NCBI RefSeq assembly: GCF_964355755.1
Contig: NC_092675.1
Location: 29,298,912 to 29,362,911, forward strand
Origin: Antedon mediterranea
Lineage: Eukaryota; Animalia; Echinodermata
DNA length: 64,000 bases
Reading direction: 5' to 3'
The first letter of the stretch is position 1; each line of letters opens with the position of its first letter. Shown here one piece after another: positions 37,301 through 51,000 of the stretch. A model generated the notes under the pieces. That model saw only the letters and a list, made by a program, of their open reading frames with translations, made no database searches and was not told the DNA's origin. A program made the position numbers and the translations under genes.

Positions 37301-40300
37301 AGTCTAAAATAAGCTTTTTTAAACTTAAACAACTTGTAAAACATAAAAATGAGATATACCTGTATCTGTTTTTCTTTTAGAATGGTTCTGCATTATTTGT
37401 CCACTGTTCATAATATGGAACTAGATGTACCAGATAAATCGTAAGTAATAGATAAATCACATGCAAAGATTTTAGATATCTTTCTTGTTTTTTGATTTTC
37501 AATTTACAAAGGCAATGAAATATTTGAATATATTTTATTTATTTTTTATTTTCAGAGGTCAAACAGCTTTACATCTTTCATCTTACCATGGTTACATTGA
37601 CACAGTTGATTACCTGCTAAGGCGAGAGGTAAGCAGTGGTACAGTATAGTGGCCCCTAGTTTAGTGTGAGCCCTCCAACTCTGGGTAGTTATTGGGCCTT
37701 CTTATACTCTGAGGCCCCTGGGTTTAGCCAGTGTACACTCATAGCCATTCCACCACTGGAGGTAAGCATAGCTACACAAAATTGTTCACATCCATCATTT
37801 GACAATCATCACCACCAATTATTAGTTTTATCTGTATCTTAAATTATTCTTGTATTTGCTGATATTTTACACTAGTCTTTTTAGTACCTACTGTAGGATG
37901 TCATGTTAATTTATTTGCGTATGCCTTTGAGTTTCTTCTGGCACTTTCATCAATTATAACCTTCTTATTAGTGCACTGTAGTTGCAAAAAAAATTGAAAC
38001 TTGAGAAAAATTATGTAATCCATAATTTAATAAGTCTAGCTCATCACAATTCAAAGTTCCCTATTTTAAATCTACATATATTTAAATTTAAAAACATTTA
38101 AAATGGTATATAATGAACACAAAGATTAACAAAATAAACATATTCTTTCAAAGCGATGCAGTCCTCTTGTAAAAGATATGAATGGCAATACAGCACTACA
38201 CATGACATGTATAAATGGCCTGCAGCTATCTGCTTGGCAGATACTACAGAGTGGCACATGTAGCATGCTACATATAAGAAACAATGATGGCAAGACTCCA
38301 CTAGATATAGTTGCTGACAAAACAAAATCATCATATCAGTAAGTATGCATTTCAAGATAAACAACATTCTTTGGAATTGAAATGACAGTGATACTGATAA
38401 TATGAAAACATTTGAACGATCTCGCTGTTAAAATAAAACTTTCTGTATCTTTAATTACTTTAAAAAAATCTGTAAAACGTTAGCCATTTAAACAACTTAC
38501 TTTTGTTATGCTCAATATTTTATCTCTTTCTTTTTTTGACTTATTTTATTGTTTATTGTTTTATACAGTATATCCTTTTATTTATTTCTGCATATTTGTA
38601 TTGTAGGGGCCCCTCATGAGACAATCTATTGCTTCTAGTACGGGCCCCAGTTATTATTGTCAAATAACTGAATAAATGTGTATGAATGAATCAACATTGG
38701 AAATGCATTTTGAAACTCTGGTGAATAAAGTAAAACAGCAATGATATAAAAGATAAAATTTAATTAATTATACAGGAATATGAGACAAAATCAGATTAAT
38801 CTAAAATAAATATCTTATTGCACTAATGTTTCAGTTGTAAATTAAAAAAAATATATACATGATATAAGGATTGTCCTTTATCTAAAGCTCTGTCAACACT
38901 ATCAAACTTTATGTGACTAAAATGTGATATATATGATCATGATGATGTCATATCACTACCATATTTGGTATCTCAATTGGGATTTGTATCTTGCATATCA
39001 CTACCATATTTGGACACATCACACTTTTTTTGTCAAATTAGTTTGATAGGAAAGACAGAGCTTTACACCATTCAAATCCCATTCATTTTTTGTCATTTTT
39101 ATTTTACATTTTAGGCATCGTATGCTCTTGAAAGAACTGGACTACTGGGGCAAAAGCAAGCTTCAAAATAAAGCACCCAAGGGTCCACTATTTACTTGGT
39201 ATTTTCTCATGTTCTTTCCATTTCTTGGCATGCTTTCTATCATTCTTTGTGGACAGATTGCTGGGGCCTACAGAGGTGTATTTTCCATTATTGCTACAAT
39301 AGTGTTGAGTGTATTTGTCAGTGGTAAGATTCACAGGTTAAAGCATATAAGCAGGTATGTTTATATGTGTGTGGTAAATTTTTATGTTGCCAAGTTTTTC
39401 GATCCTAAAGACTGAATAAATTTCATTAATTTCATTTATTTATGGTCAAACACAGTTTGAAATGATTTTCATTAGTTCAAAGTTAAAAATTCAAATAAAT
39501 TCTTCAATATTATGGTTCTTATGAACGCCACCAGCCGGCGTTTTAATTTTTGTCCTAGATTCCATCTCAAGTATATGTATGACATGCTTTGTGTGCCAAA
39601 ATATTTATCTTTTTACCAATATTAAGTTGCTTTCTACAACCTATACTAATATAAATATATGTAAAATAATCTGATTTACTCTATTATAACATAACCTTTT
39701 TTTCAGATGGCCAAATCCAATACATGCTGGTGCCTTTGCTGCTGGCATACTGCATACAATAATTTGTTATCTTTTTTTAATTCTTCCTGATATCCTTTTG
39801 AATGCATGACTCAGTATTTAGTAGTAAACCAAATAGAGAAATCAATACACTCAACTTTCCCAAAGTTAGACACCCTAAAGCTCTGTCTACACTATTTTGT
39901 GATAACAAAATGTGATGTGCCCATATTATGGACATGATGATTTCATATCAGTACCATATTTACGAATATCACTGCCATATTTGGGCACAGCACATGTTTT
40001 TTGTCAAACTAGTTTGATAGGCCAATCTAGAGTTTTATGATTTCAAAATGCAATAATGATAATATTGCCTTAAATTATTATGTTTTTAGAGATTGAATCT
40101 TTCTTTCTTCCTAGGAAGAACAATACAATAAAATAAACTCAAATACTTTTTCCTTAAAAACATGTGTACTTCTCTGGCCGCATTTCTATGCATTATGTTT
40201 TAATATACCAAGCTTGGCTGTCATGTTGTACCTGTATCTGCTGGTGTTGACCATTGACCCAGGGTTATGTCATTCATCAAGGGAGGGGCCAACTCTCAGT

Positions 40301-41773
40301 CAGCCCTACATGACTGTTGAAGATATTGCTAAGGGTATTTGTGATAAACAAGATTTCTGTTCTAGATGCGAGGTAAGATTTTACTATTTTATCATATATT
40401 TTTTCATGTTGATCCTTAAGCTTGGTTCCCACTAGCGACGCAACGTAGCACAACCTATGCAACGTAAGAAAATGCCCTTCCAATAATTGTGTTTGCCCCC
40501 GTCTGCGTGAAATCAAACCTACAATGTTTGCAGCACTGTTCCCACTTGTGATTACGCAATACAGCACTTTGCGTCAATACGTCATTGTGTTACGTTATGT
40601 TACATCGCTAGTGGGAACCACACTTTATAAAACATCGGAATAATTAGTGATTGCAAAACTTTGAAATGCTATATTCTACTCTATTATAGTTTATATATTT
40701 TTTTATTTTGACACATTTAATACCTGAATTCAATAAGCCAATTATTCTTACCCTAATCTAACATTCAAAAATTAATTTCAAATTGAAAATTGTGCTTCTC
40801 TTTGCCAAAAGTGATAATTTTTGTTCATTTTCACTTCTTTCATTTAATTCTAACACATTAATTTTAAATAAGCATAAAAGTCTAGCAAGTACAAATATTT
40901 ATATGTATTTATTCAGAATCTATTATGACACTTTGACATGAAATAAGGCTTCAAGTACAGGTGTTTTGTGGTGCCTTTAGCCGTTATTCCTCTATCAATA
41001 AGATTTAATGGCTTATGGCTTGTCTTTTCGAGCAAACCATCAAAAAGTGTCCCTTAAGTGGCCTCTTTTTAATTGTGACACATTTTTTAATGTGACACAA
41101 TTGCTTTAGTAAATTGATAAGGTTTAGAAATCGGTCAATAAAAACTAGGTATTTTATTCTTGAGGTCTCTTCTGTGAAACATTTATTATTTTTATTGATG
41201 CATAAAACCACTAACGTGAAACATTCCACGCTGTGTTTATATGGTTAATAATTATGTTTAATAAAAGTATGGTTTTTACTTTTACAGATAATAAGACCTG
41301 TAAACGTGAGACATTGCACGCTGTGTGAAAAGTGCTATTATGGTCTTGATCATCACTGCCTGTTTCTTCTCACATGTGTGGCAAAAAACAACCATCGTCA
41401 TTTCATCATGTTACTCGGACTCGTTGTTCTCGCTCAGTCTTTGTTCATTGTGTATGGTATTCAATACATACTAGTGTTGTATGATCCATTACCGGAAACT
41501 TTTATGTTAATTAAAACTTTAATTCTGGAAGAATCGTGGTTCGTTGTGTTAGCGGGGTTAAATGTAGCGTCTATCGTTTGGGAAACATGTTTACTTATTT
41601 ATCAACTGCGTATGATCGCTAATGGGTTGACAACGTTTTATGCGCTAAGGCTGTTATCAAAAGATGTGCGTCGTCTTACTACGTTTCAGAAGATGCAGAA
41701 TGTTAGGAATTTCTTAATGGGACGTAAAACTATTTCAGCTGCTGATTTAGGCACTGCATTTTTCAAAGTTTGA
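34390..41773 (+). CDS. Ankyrin-repeat DHHC palmitoyltransferase (ZDHHC13/ZDHHC17, Akr1/HIP14-like)
   Basis: Exons 34390-34504, 36694-36940, 37381-37440, 37556-37628, 38154-38338, 39115-39354, 39707-39789, 40170-40372, 41288-41773 splice in frame (intron 7 is AT-AC). Ankyrin repeats (GLTPLHKA, SETPLHYAC, GRNSLHHAA, GQTALHLS, GNTALHM, GKTPLDI), TM helices, DPG motif and the Cys-rich domain CSRCEIIRPVNVRHCTLCEKCYYGLDHHCLFLLTCVAKNNHRHF. Exact orthology is not resolved. Confidence 0.9.
34516..36541. mobile_element. Foldback/MULE-type element, ~2.0 kb with ~510-bp TIRs
   Basis: 34516-35026 is a near-perfect inverted copy of 36034-36541. Subterminal tandem repeats GAAATCGGTCGCG. Direct repeat GGCCTCCG(G), 8-9 bp, at 34508 and 36542. 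Confidence 0.9.
37634..37758. mobile_element. hAT-like MITE (125 bp)
   Basis: CAGTGG...CCACTG termini with a perfect 8-bp TSD GAGGTAAG (37626-37633, 37759-37766). Confidence 0.75.
39790..40169 (+). other. U12-type (minor spliceosome) AT-AC intron in the DHHC gene
   Basis: 5' end ATATCCTTTT at 39790, branch-site TTCCTTAAA at 40150-40158, AC at 40168-40169. Excision joins CCT G|TT CTC TGG in frame. Confidence 0.9.
40417..40627. mobile_element. Second Tourist-like MITE family
   Basis: TIR GCTTGGTTCCCACTAGCGA / TCGCTAGTGGGAACCA. Degenerate relatives at ~37055-37250 and ~30948-31055. Confidence 0.65.
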
Positions 41774-42350
41774 GGGATGTTTACACTGTTTTACAAAGCT
41801 TATTTTCTACCCACCAAAAAAAGCTTTCTTGCAAATTGCTGAATAATACAATTGCTGTGGATGTATAGTGAATTAAATACAATAGAAACAGTTTTGATAA
41901 TTATTATTTTAAGCAATAAAAAACCACATACAAATAATTGTATGTCTTAATAATATGTTATTAATCCTAAAATAAGTGTTATTGATATATTTGTTATAGC
42001 AACATTTTAAATTGAAAAATTTCTCTACCAGTTTATTAGACATTAGTGTTTTAAAAACTTGATTTTTACCAACAATTTAAATTTATTTATCAATTATTTA
42101 TGATATATATTTATTTTGTGTTATTATTTCATTAAGGCCTTTACAACATTGTATGATGGCTTCAATTTTAACGGAATGTTTTCAAAATGTATCATTTCCA
42201 TTTAATCCATGTACAGTATTATTAACTATTTTATATTAGGTTTTTTACTACCATTAAATTGACTCAGATTTATAGTTGTTTAATATTTGTTTTTGCTTAT
42301 AAAAGCCAGTGTAAAATGTGTGTGTTATATTGTAAAGAAAAAGATGCTTA

Positions 42351-42512
42351 AAGCTCTGTCTACACTATCAAACTTTATGTGACAAAAAAAAAATGTGATG
42401 TGCCCATATATGGATATGATGTCATATCACTACCACATTTGGGCACATCACTATCATATTTGGGTACATCACAATTTTTTGATCAAACTATATGATAGCG
42501 TAGAAGGAGCTT
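42351..42512. mobile_element. Harbinger/Tourist-like MITE copy
   Basis: TAA flanks on both sides and the same TIR and internal units as the family. Confidence 0.8.
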
Positions 42513-44559
42513 AAGAGTGATCATGACTGATAAAAAGATTCAATAGAAATATAAATTGTCATTTTTTTTATTGTATGACGTACATGTTATAAAACAATAC
42601 TTGAAAATTGCACAGAAAACTGAAAATGAAAATACTCAAACCATAAAAATACTGAAAAGTGTCTTAGACTACACTTATATCAAGAAGCATATATAAGTGT
42701 AATAATCATTTAGTTTTTTCTAAAACTCTGTATATTCCAAGATTACAAATTTCACCATTATTCTCCAATTCAGGATTGTCTTTTTCTTTATCGATTTCAC
42801 CAAAAGACTTTCTCTAAAACCCAACATACACAATGTTTGGAGAATGAATTTGTATATGGAATGTGTATTATCATTTACTTACAAACAACTACACAACATA
42901 ACCACTAACGACGTCCAAATCTTGTTACCGCGGTAACAAGATTTGGTTTGAGCAGTATCAAAGCACACAATGTGACATTTTAGAGGATCTTATTCTTTCG
43001 TTCTGACAATTTAAAGTTACATAAAATAATAATATACAATATTAGAAAGATTTTGGTCTGTAAAAAAGTAAAGTAAAAGTATTATACGTATGAAACGCCA
43101 TGTGTGACAAAATGTTTATCTTTTTACCACTATTAAGTCTAAGCACCTAGATTAGTAATAACAGCACATGATAAACCTATCGCCTTCTTTAGAGAATTGT
43201 TATACATTCAACTGTAAATAACTTTAATTCTCCCAGATGTGGGAGTACAAATGTACATTTAAAATCTCCCAACAATAATGTTCAATATACTGTACTACTG
43301 GACTGGTACAAACATTATTTCTCCTTTTCATATGTAGCACCAGCAGTAGGCGTTTTTATTTTATAGCTCAAATACAGTTATGACACGGCAAGTGTGCCAG
43401 AATGTTAATCTTAGTCTATAACATCTAGACTATACAAAATATGAAATATTGTACGAGTCTTAAAGTAGATATTGCACAATAATGCATTTAAAATTTAAAT
43501 TTTGTAGTAAATTAGATACTGATTATATTGAATCTATAAAACATGCAGGCAATATAAAACAACATTTTGCTGGCTTTTAATAACATAATGAAAAAGTGAA
43601 TTAAGCACAAAATGTGTGGTGTTGATCAGGGAACTATTGTGACAAATGTATTTTAAGAAAGGACACAAAGTTCTATTCATAATCTAACATAAATAATGAC
43701 AACACATAATTACAAATAACATCATAATGTGACATTAATTTGTTTAAATTATATTTCATTTTACGAATATTTGAGTAATTCCAAATCATTATTTATAGCA
43801 CATTGTGTTTTACTAATACAACATTTGACATTATTTTATCTACCATTTTTTGTACAGTATCTTAAAATTTTACAATGGAATACAAATTTGGTCCTTGTAT
43901 TGAAAGATGTACACACACTTATTGTATTAATTAACCATAATCAAAATATGTTCAGCATAATGCAGAGATATTGTTTACTTTTTACTATTTATTTGGTCAC
44001 CATCAATGATAACCATCAATGAAATGGAGTACAGTAAAAGTAAAACTCGCGTATCAAATACCAGTATTGGAGTACACAACAAATGTTGTTTCTTTAACAT
44101 TCTTAGACTTCAACAAATACATTAATAAAGGTACACTAAGCGGTTGAGATAAGTAGTATCAAATTTATGTTATTATTCTATTATACGGTTTATATATTAC
44201 TTTTTTTTAAGCACTACTTGCCGTTAGCTTCTAGACTATAATGCATAATTAACATTCATTAGTTGTTATTCTTTTTAAAAACAAATTTTGCTCATGATTC
44301 CAAAACTTTCTTAGTATTTATAGAGTTAAAAATCGTTTTTAAAAACTTCTTTTTCATAATCTATTATTTCATAAAATGTGCCTTTCACATAGTTTAGGTA
44401 CTGTACTAGAATATTCTAAATGTTCATTCCATTGTCTGAATTCAAAAATCTTTTTTTTTTTATCACTCTAAGTTTATAGAAACTGTGGCAAAAAACTCTC
44501 TCTTTTCAGCAAACTTTATTTATTCATGCCATTTTCATGATAACATTCCAATACGATCC

Positions 44560-44660
44560 AACTATCCCTCACAACACTTCCCAATACCACCTAACTACCC
44601 CTCACAACACCACCTAACTACCCCTCACAACACCACCTAACTACCCCTCACAACACATGG
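44560..44660. repeat. Minisatellite, ~23-bp unit x3-4
   Basis: ACCACCTAACTACCCCTCACAAC repeats. Confidence 0.85.
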
Positions 44661-45087
44661 CAATACCACCTAGTGTATCACTCACAACATGTCATAATAC
44701 CTTGTTCATAGGGCCTAGGGAGTTTTACGTATGGAAAACACATATTTTAATAATTTTATATACAAAAGAAATGAAAAAAATTACACAAATAACACATTTG
44801 GAATATATTGACACGTTGAAAACAGATAAAAGTTTAAATAAAAAGTACAAATAAAAAACAAGAAAAACGCCCTCTGCCGGATCACCTAAAATTATTTTGT
44901 GTAATAACGCAAATATATTTAGAGCAAAAATCCAGGCGGGTTATGTTGAATCAACGATGGTTCCACGTCACATCTCCTTTCAAAACTCGCTGTTTCTTGG
45001 CCTTTTCGTCTTTTCCGCGAAATAAAACCATTCGGTAACGATTGTGTTTTGCAGAAACATTGATCATTTTCGTGACGGCAGCAAAGT

Positions 45088-48000
45088 TCAACGAAAGTGC
45101 TGACTAACACTCAACGCCTTTCCTTTAATTACTTCATTGCTGTTATCACAAAGACCTTTAACAACATCGTCAAGCTCTTTTTCTTTTATTTCTTCCTGTA
45201 AGCTGTCTGTAAATATGATAAAACAAATATGTAAAGGCCACAGGCACAAGTAGAACATTCTGAACCTATAAATTGCAGGATAACAACTACATTAGTATGT
45301 TCTAGACACATCATTGATAATGCAAATGCCTGTTTTCTATTATAATATTTCCATTTATTGTACTCTATGGTTTTAGACACATCATTGATAATGCAAATGT
45401 ATGTTTTTTTACATTACAATATCACATTTATTGTACTGTATGGGTCTAGACACATCATTGATATTACAAATGTATGTTTTCTATTATAATTTTCCATCTA
45501 TTGTACTGTACGTTTCTAGACATATCATTAACATTGCAATTTTATATGTTCTTTATGCTACAATATCCCATCTATCATATGGTTTCAAAGTCTTTAGGGC
45601 ACAATATAAGAAATGAGCATTATAGTACAATTTGAGCTAATGTTCCAAAAATCAAATATTTAGGTTTCTAAGAATTAAAATTATTATAAATACAATTAGT
45701 ATATTTTTAACTGTGATTTTAACTATATTCTAATTTTCATGAAATATTTAGCGTAAAGTTTAAATAAACTTTAAATTACCCTGATTCTTTGGAGCACTTA
45801 TTCTAGTACTTTGTTGTTTTTCTAAAGAGTATTCCTCATTTAAGCGACTAATTCTGAAATTCAAAATCTTACCAGACTCTGTGAGAAAACTGATGAGGGA
45901 CAAGACGTTGCACTGAATTTCAGCTGCCGATCCCTCATTGGTTAAAATAGTTTTGCAAACACCAATCAAATCAGATGAATGAATTGCAGGAACAGCCATA
46001 CCTAGTGGAAAACATTTTTAAAAATTCTAACAAAAGATCATAAGATATGACAATACTGGAAGGAAGCTTTACATCAGGTTCTTGATATGGAGGTTAATTG
46101 GTTTAAGACCAATCTAAGAATTACCCACAAGTTTTGTCAAAAATTTTCTCAAATGTACTTAGTATAAAGTACAATTTACATCAGAGTATGGCAAATATCT
46201 GACCAATTAAGTATTGCAATGGTCAGTAGGCTCACCTAGGTTAGATGAAGCTATTAACGTGAGGGCAATAAGTGCTTCGTTCTGCATCAACGTGTGCTCT
46301 GACATTGCCATCTTCACCAGATGAATCATACCACCCTGGTCAATCACTGTCTGCATCACTTTCATTGACGCAGAGTTTTTAACCAGTGCTGCCAGCAACC
46401 TGATACATTGACAAATATTTGTTAATGGTTAAACAGTAACCAAATTTTTTGTTTGTATTATAGCGTAAATCTCTGTCTACACTACCAAACTAATTTGATT
46501 TTAAAAAAAAGTGTAATATGCACAAATATGGTAGTGATATGCCCAGATATGGTAGTGATATGCCCAAATATGGTAGTGATATGACATCAACATGTCCATA
46601 TATGGGCACATTACATTTTTTTGTCACATAAAGTTTGAGTGTAGCTTAAGAATACACTGCCTCATATACCTCTACATTGAAACAAATTAAAATCATGTTA
46701 TTGCAGTAAAACATTTAGTTACTGCAGTAAAATAATGCAGCGATAATCTTTTTTTGTTAGCTTTAATCCTGAACACGATGTAAATTAATTAGAATTGTCA
46801 ATATCAATTTCATGCTATTCTGCAATGTGGTACATCACACTAATTATAATATTTGATAATTTTAAATGAAGGCCAATATTGTTTTGTGTCTTCAATTATA
46901 CTTTCATATTGGAATTGTACTTTTACCTTTATGCGCTTTAGTATATTTTTAAAAATAAAAATTGAAAATCATATAACATTTAGTCTACATATATCATGTT
47001 AATTTTGCAAATACAATTTAAAATGATGTAATGGACACTATAAATAAATACCTGTTAGCTTCTCCAGATACCCCAGCATGTACTTCACAGCTGCAAAGGT
47101 CAGCAACCCTTTCAACAAGGTCAGCATTTGACCCCATCTTTATTGCTGCTGCAGCTGAAATAATTAATATACTTTATACATAATTATGCTATTAAACACA
47201 TCAAATAAGTTTATTCTCAGTCAAATGTAAAACTTAATAAAAAGGAAATTGCAATAAAAATTATGAAAAACCTACCTGATCCGTCAATGAGTAGTCTAGA
47301 CGTTCCAAGAAGTTTAAATTGTACAGGATTTCTATCAGTCTCTAACAATGGTAATATCACTTCTATTGTTCCTGCATCTAGCATTCTTCCCTTGTTTAAT
47401 TCTTCAAAGAAAAAAATAAATAAATTTTGTTATCAATTTCAGTTCTCATTGACTGATTCTAGGGTCTCATTTGGTCTGAGCTCTCTTTTCTAGAAAAATT
47501 CGTTTAGAAAGCCTAGATTTCTGAATTGATTGATAACATTTTTATACATGTTACAAATAACTGCAACCATAGAGATATTATAATATCTATAATAATCTAA
47601 TCCTGCAACTTTTGGATGTAATTTGGTTTGATACGATGCGTTTGTTACTCAATAGATATAAAGATGGTTTTTATTGTATATGCTATGAATTTGTATTCAT
47701 ACAATTCTCTTTTATGTTATTTCATCGTATGACTGATATAAATAAAAATATTCATGAACAGCTTTTGTGGGTAATTTCCCTTGATTCGTTGAAATTGCCC
47801 AATGCATAAAACTGAAATTTTCATTATAGAAAACATGATTATGCATTATTAATAGACAATCATTTATGATTTCCAGGTTGTCTTTCGATACTTGAATATT
47901 AAATCATATAATATATTTTTCAGGATCATATTACAATATCGTTAGAAGGCTTACTTACTAGGAACCGACAAGTTTCTCAGGGCACTTAACACTGCGTGTT

Positions 48001-51000
48001 GTAAACGCACATCCATCTCATGACCTTCAACCTTTTCAAGCATTTTAAATAACGGATCAAGAATGCCTAAGTCTAGAAGCTTCAAACAATTACCATCTGA
48101 AATAATCAAATAAAACAATACAATGATGATAATTCAAGCTTTGATGCTCCCAACTGAGGGTGTAGTTTGTGTTTTATATCTCTCTCTTTGAGGAAAATAG
48201 GCTTTTTTCGTACGCTAGGCACGAAATAGACAATATTAAACAATACACTCACAGTATTTATGACTTCTAAAGCTCTGTCCACACTATTAAACATTATGTG
48301 ATGTGTCCATATATGGATTTGATGATGTACATCACCACATTAAAACATATAACTACCATATTTTTTTGTCAAACTAGTTTGATAGTCTAGACAAAGCTAT
48401 AATATAATCCAAAAAACATTAAAAGAAAAGATTACAAATTACCATTGCGGGCAAAGTTGCCTAAAACAAGTGCACCGGATATTTGATAAACATCAATGGT
48501 ACTGGGTAGCCATGACGACATCACATGTTGATACAATAAACCTTTACCATCGTCAAATAAAATTGTCATGCTAACGTCTGAAATAAGAACAATTACGAAT
48601 TGTATGCAATATTATACAAATAATGAATGTTTATGAGGAGAATGGTGATAATTTCTCATAGAATGAAATATTCTTTCCATTCAACAAATAAAAAACATTC
48701 GTTATTTGTTTTATAACATAACTACTGTACTTTTATTCAAACTATCCATTGTAAATCATTGAAGAATGGTAAGCCAGGAAGCTGGACCATTAAAAGAGGC
48801 AGTGCTCCAACTTTTGATGCAGATTAGTACAGTTTATAAACGCCGCACACCACTAGCATGTTAATTATCACCATTAGATATCGCTTTTTCATTAGATAGG
48901 ACTAACTCCAAATGACACATTTTATTTATTTTTATTTTATTTTATTCAATTTCCAGGTAACATACAAAAATCATAAACAAGGTACGGCATCATTCAACAA
49001 AACAGAACAAAAGTACTATCAGCACATGATATGTGATTGACAAATCAAATTGCAAGAATACCATCAGGTGTGTTATAAAATAAAAAAAAAGATATATAAC
49101 CTAATTAATTTATTTTTTACCTTCGGTTACAAGTAGAACAATGATATCTGTTGCTAGTTTTTCCACCTGTACCTCATCATCAGTAGCACAAGCCTTTGCC
49201 CCATGTAGGTCTTTATAACCCTGTAAAATCTCCAATAAACTCGCTACCAAATTTGCTTGAGTAAATTCCTGTTTCATTTCATCTAAAGAGTATAAATGTT
49301 AACTGAACTAAAAACAATAATTAAATATACTGTATACATTAAAGACTTAATATAGTTTTTAGTTTCATGTGGACAATTGCTTAGGTGGTCAATGCTCATA
49401 ATTCTTAGTGTTAGTATAAATATCTGTTCTATTTTGTTGAATGTGTGGAAGATAAATGAAAAAAACAAACAAACTTGAACAAAATAGAAAACTATACAGA
49501 AATACTATACAGAATATAACTTGTATATTAATGGCAATATCATTGGCTTTGATTCTAAAGCCTTGTTCACACTTGAAAAAATAGTACATTTAGCCATTGA
49601 GGTAACTTAACCCAAAATGGAAAATGTTTCAAGAGAGAGAGTTAATATAGGCTTAATTCTCTAATCATTGAATTCTACTCAAATCTCTTCTTTTTTCTTA
49701 TACTCAACGTATGTGGCTCTTTTGTGTGAGAATTAATTTTGTTAAATGCACACAGCTGTTATGAATTATGTATTTAATTTTTAAATCTTTATCCTGTTGC
49801 TTATACTTCATTTAAACTATTATGATTCTTTTAAATTCAATCATATTAATATAGTATAATCAAGGATTGAAATATATCATGAATATAAATTACAAATGAA
49901 TTAGCATCAGCTATGAGGAAGATTACACATTATTTTGAGGTAGAAATGTTTGCGTTTCATGAGTATATTTTATATTCAATCATATTAATATAGTATAATC
50001 AAGGATTGAATTATATCATGAATATAAATCATGAATGAATAGCATCATCTATGAGGAAGATTACACATTTATATTTTGAGGTAGAATGATTGCCAGCAAA
50101 ATTACCCATCCAAATTTACGGTTTATTAGAAGTGCTGAAATCATGAGAAATTAAAAAGGCAAAATTACATGGCTGTACTTTAATCATTATATACTGTTAT
50201 TAATGTTAAAATGATATTGCAAACCATTAACCTAATGTTGTTGGAATTGGAATCGACGTTAAAAGGCAAGACAGATTACACATATCTTTTACAATGTATA
50301 GATTGATTGCTGTGTTAATGACTTTAGTCACCTATACAGATTATAAATCCATTTCATTTACAATATCACTGTATATTATAACGTACATCTATTATTTTCA
50401 TTTAAGATCAATATGCTTAGGCTTTAATTAGTGCCCAAGCTAAAGTGTAATGTAATTGATTAGTTTTAATTAATGATTGGTGATGAAATACAGCATCTAT
50501 AAAATGGCTAAAATTGAGGAAGCTCAATATTTTATGCAAGATTATATAATTTACACCAAAAAAAAAAAAAAAAAAAAATTATGAACATATAGTACGGAGT
50601 GTAACATTCACCACATTTAATTTCACAAGTACCAGAAAATTTAGGTTTAGAAGGGTCACATTGGCACATGAATTTAAAACATAATCAAATATGATTGATA
50701 AAAAATGGACTGTACCATTTTCTGCAAGGGATGCTATAACTTCAAGTAACGCTTCTTGTTCATCTTCTTCTGCTACCATTTGCAATGCATTTACTAATAG
50801 TTCACCCATTCCAGTGCCAATGAAAGCTGCCTTATTTGCCTCTATTCGGAAAAAAAGGGTATTATGCAAATGAACTGAATTAATTTAAGCAATGTTCCCA
50901 GGAAATTTCTTTTATCTTGCATAGTAAAAGGTCATACACATAGGACAGAGGACAGAGCTTTATGTATGAGTAGATAGTAATGAACATAAAATTTAAAACC

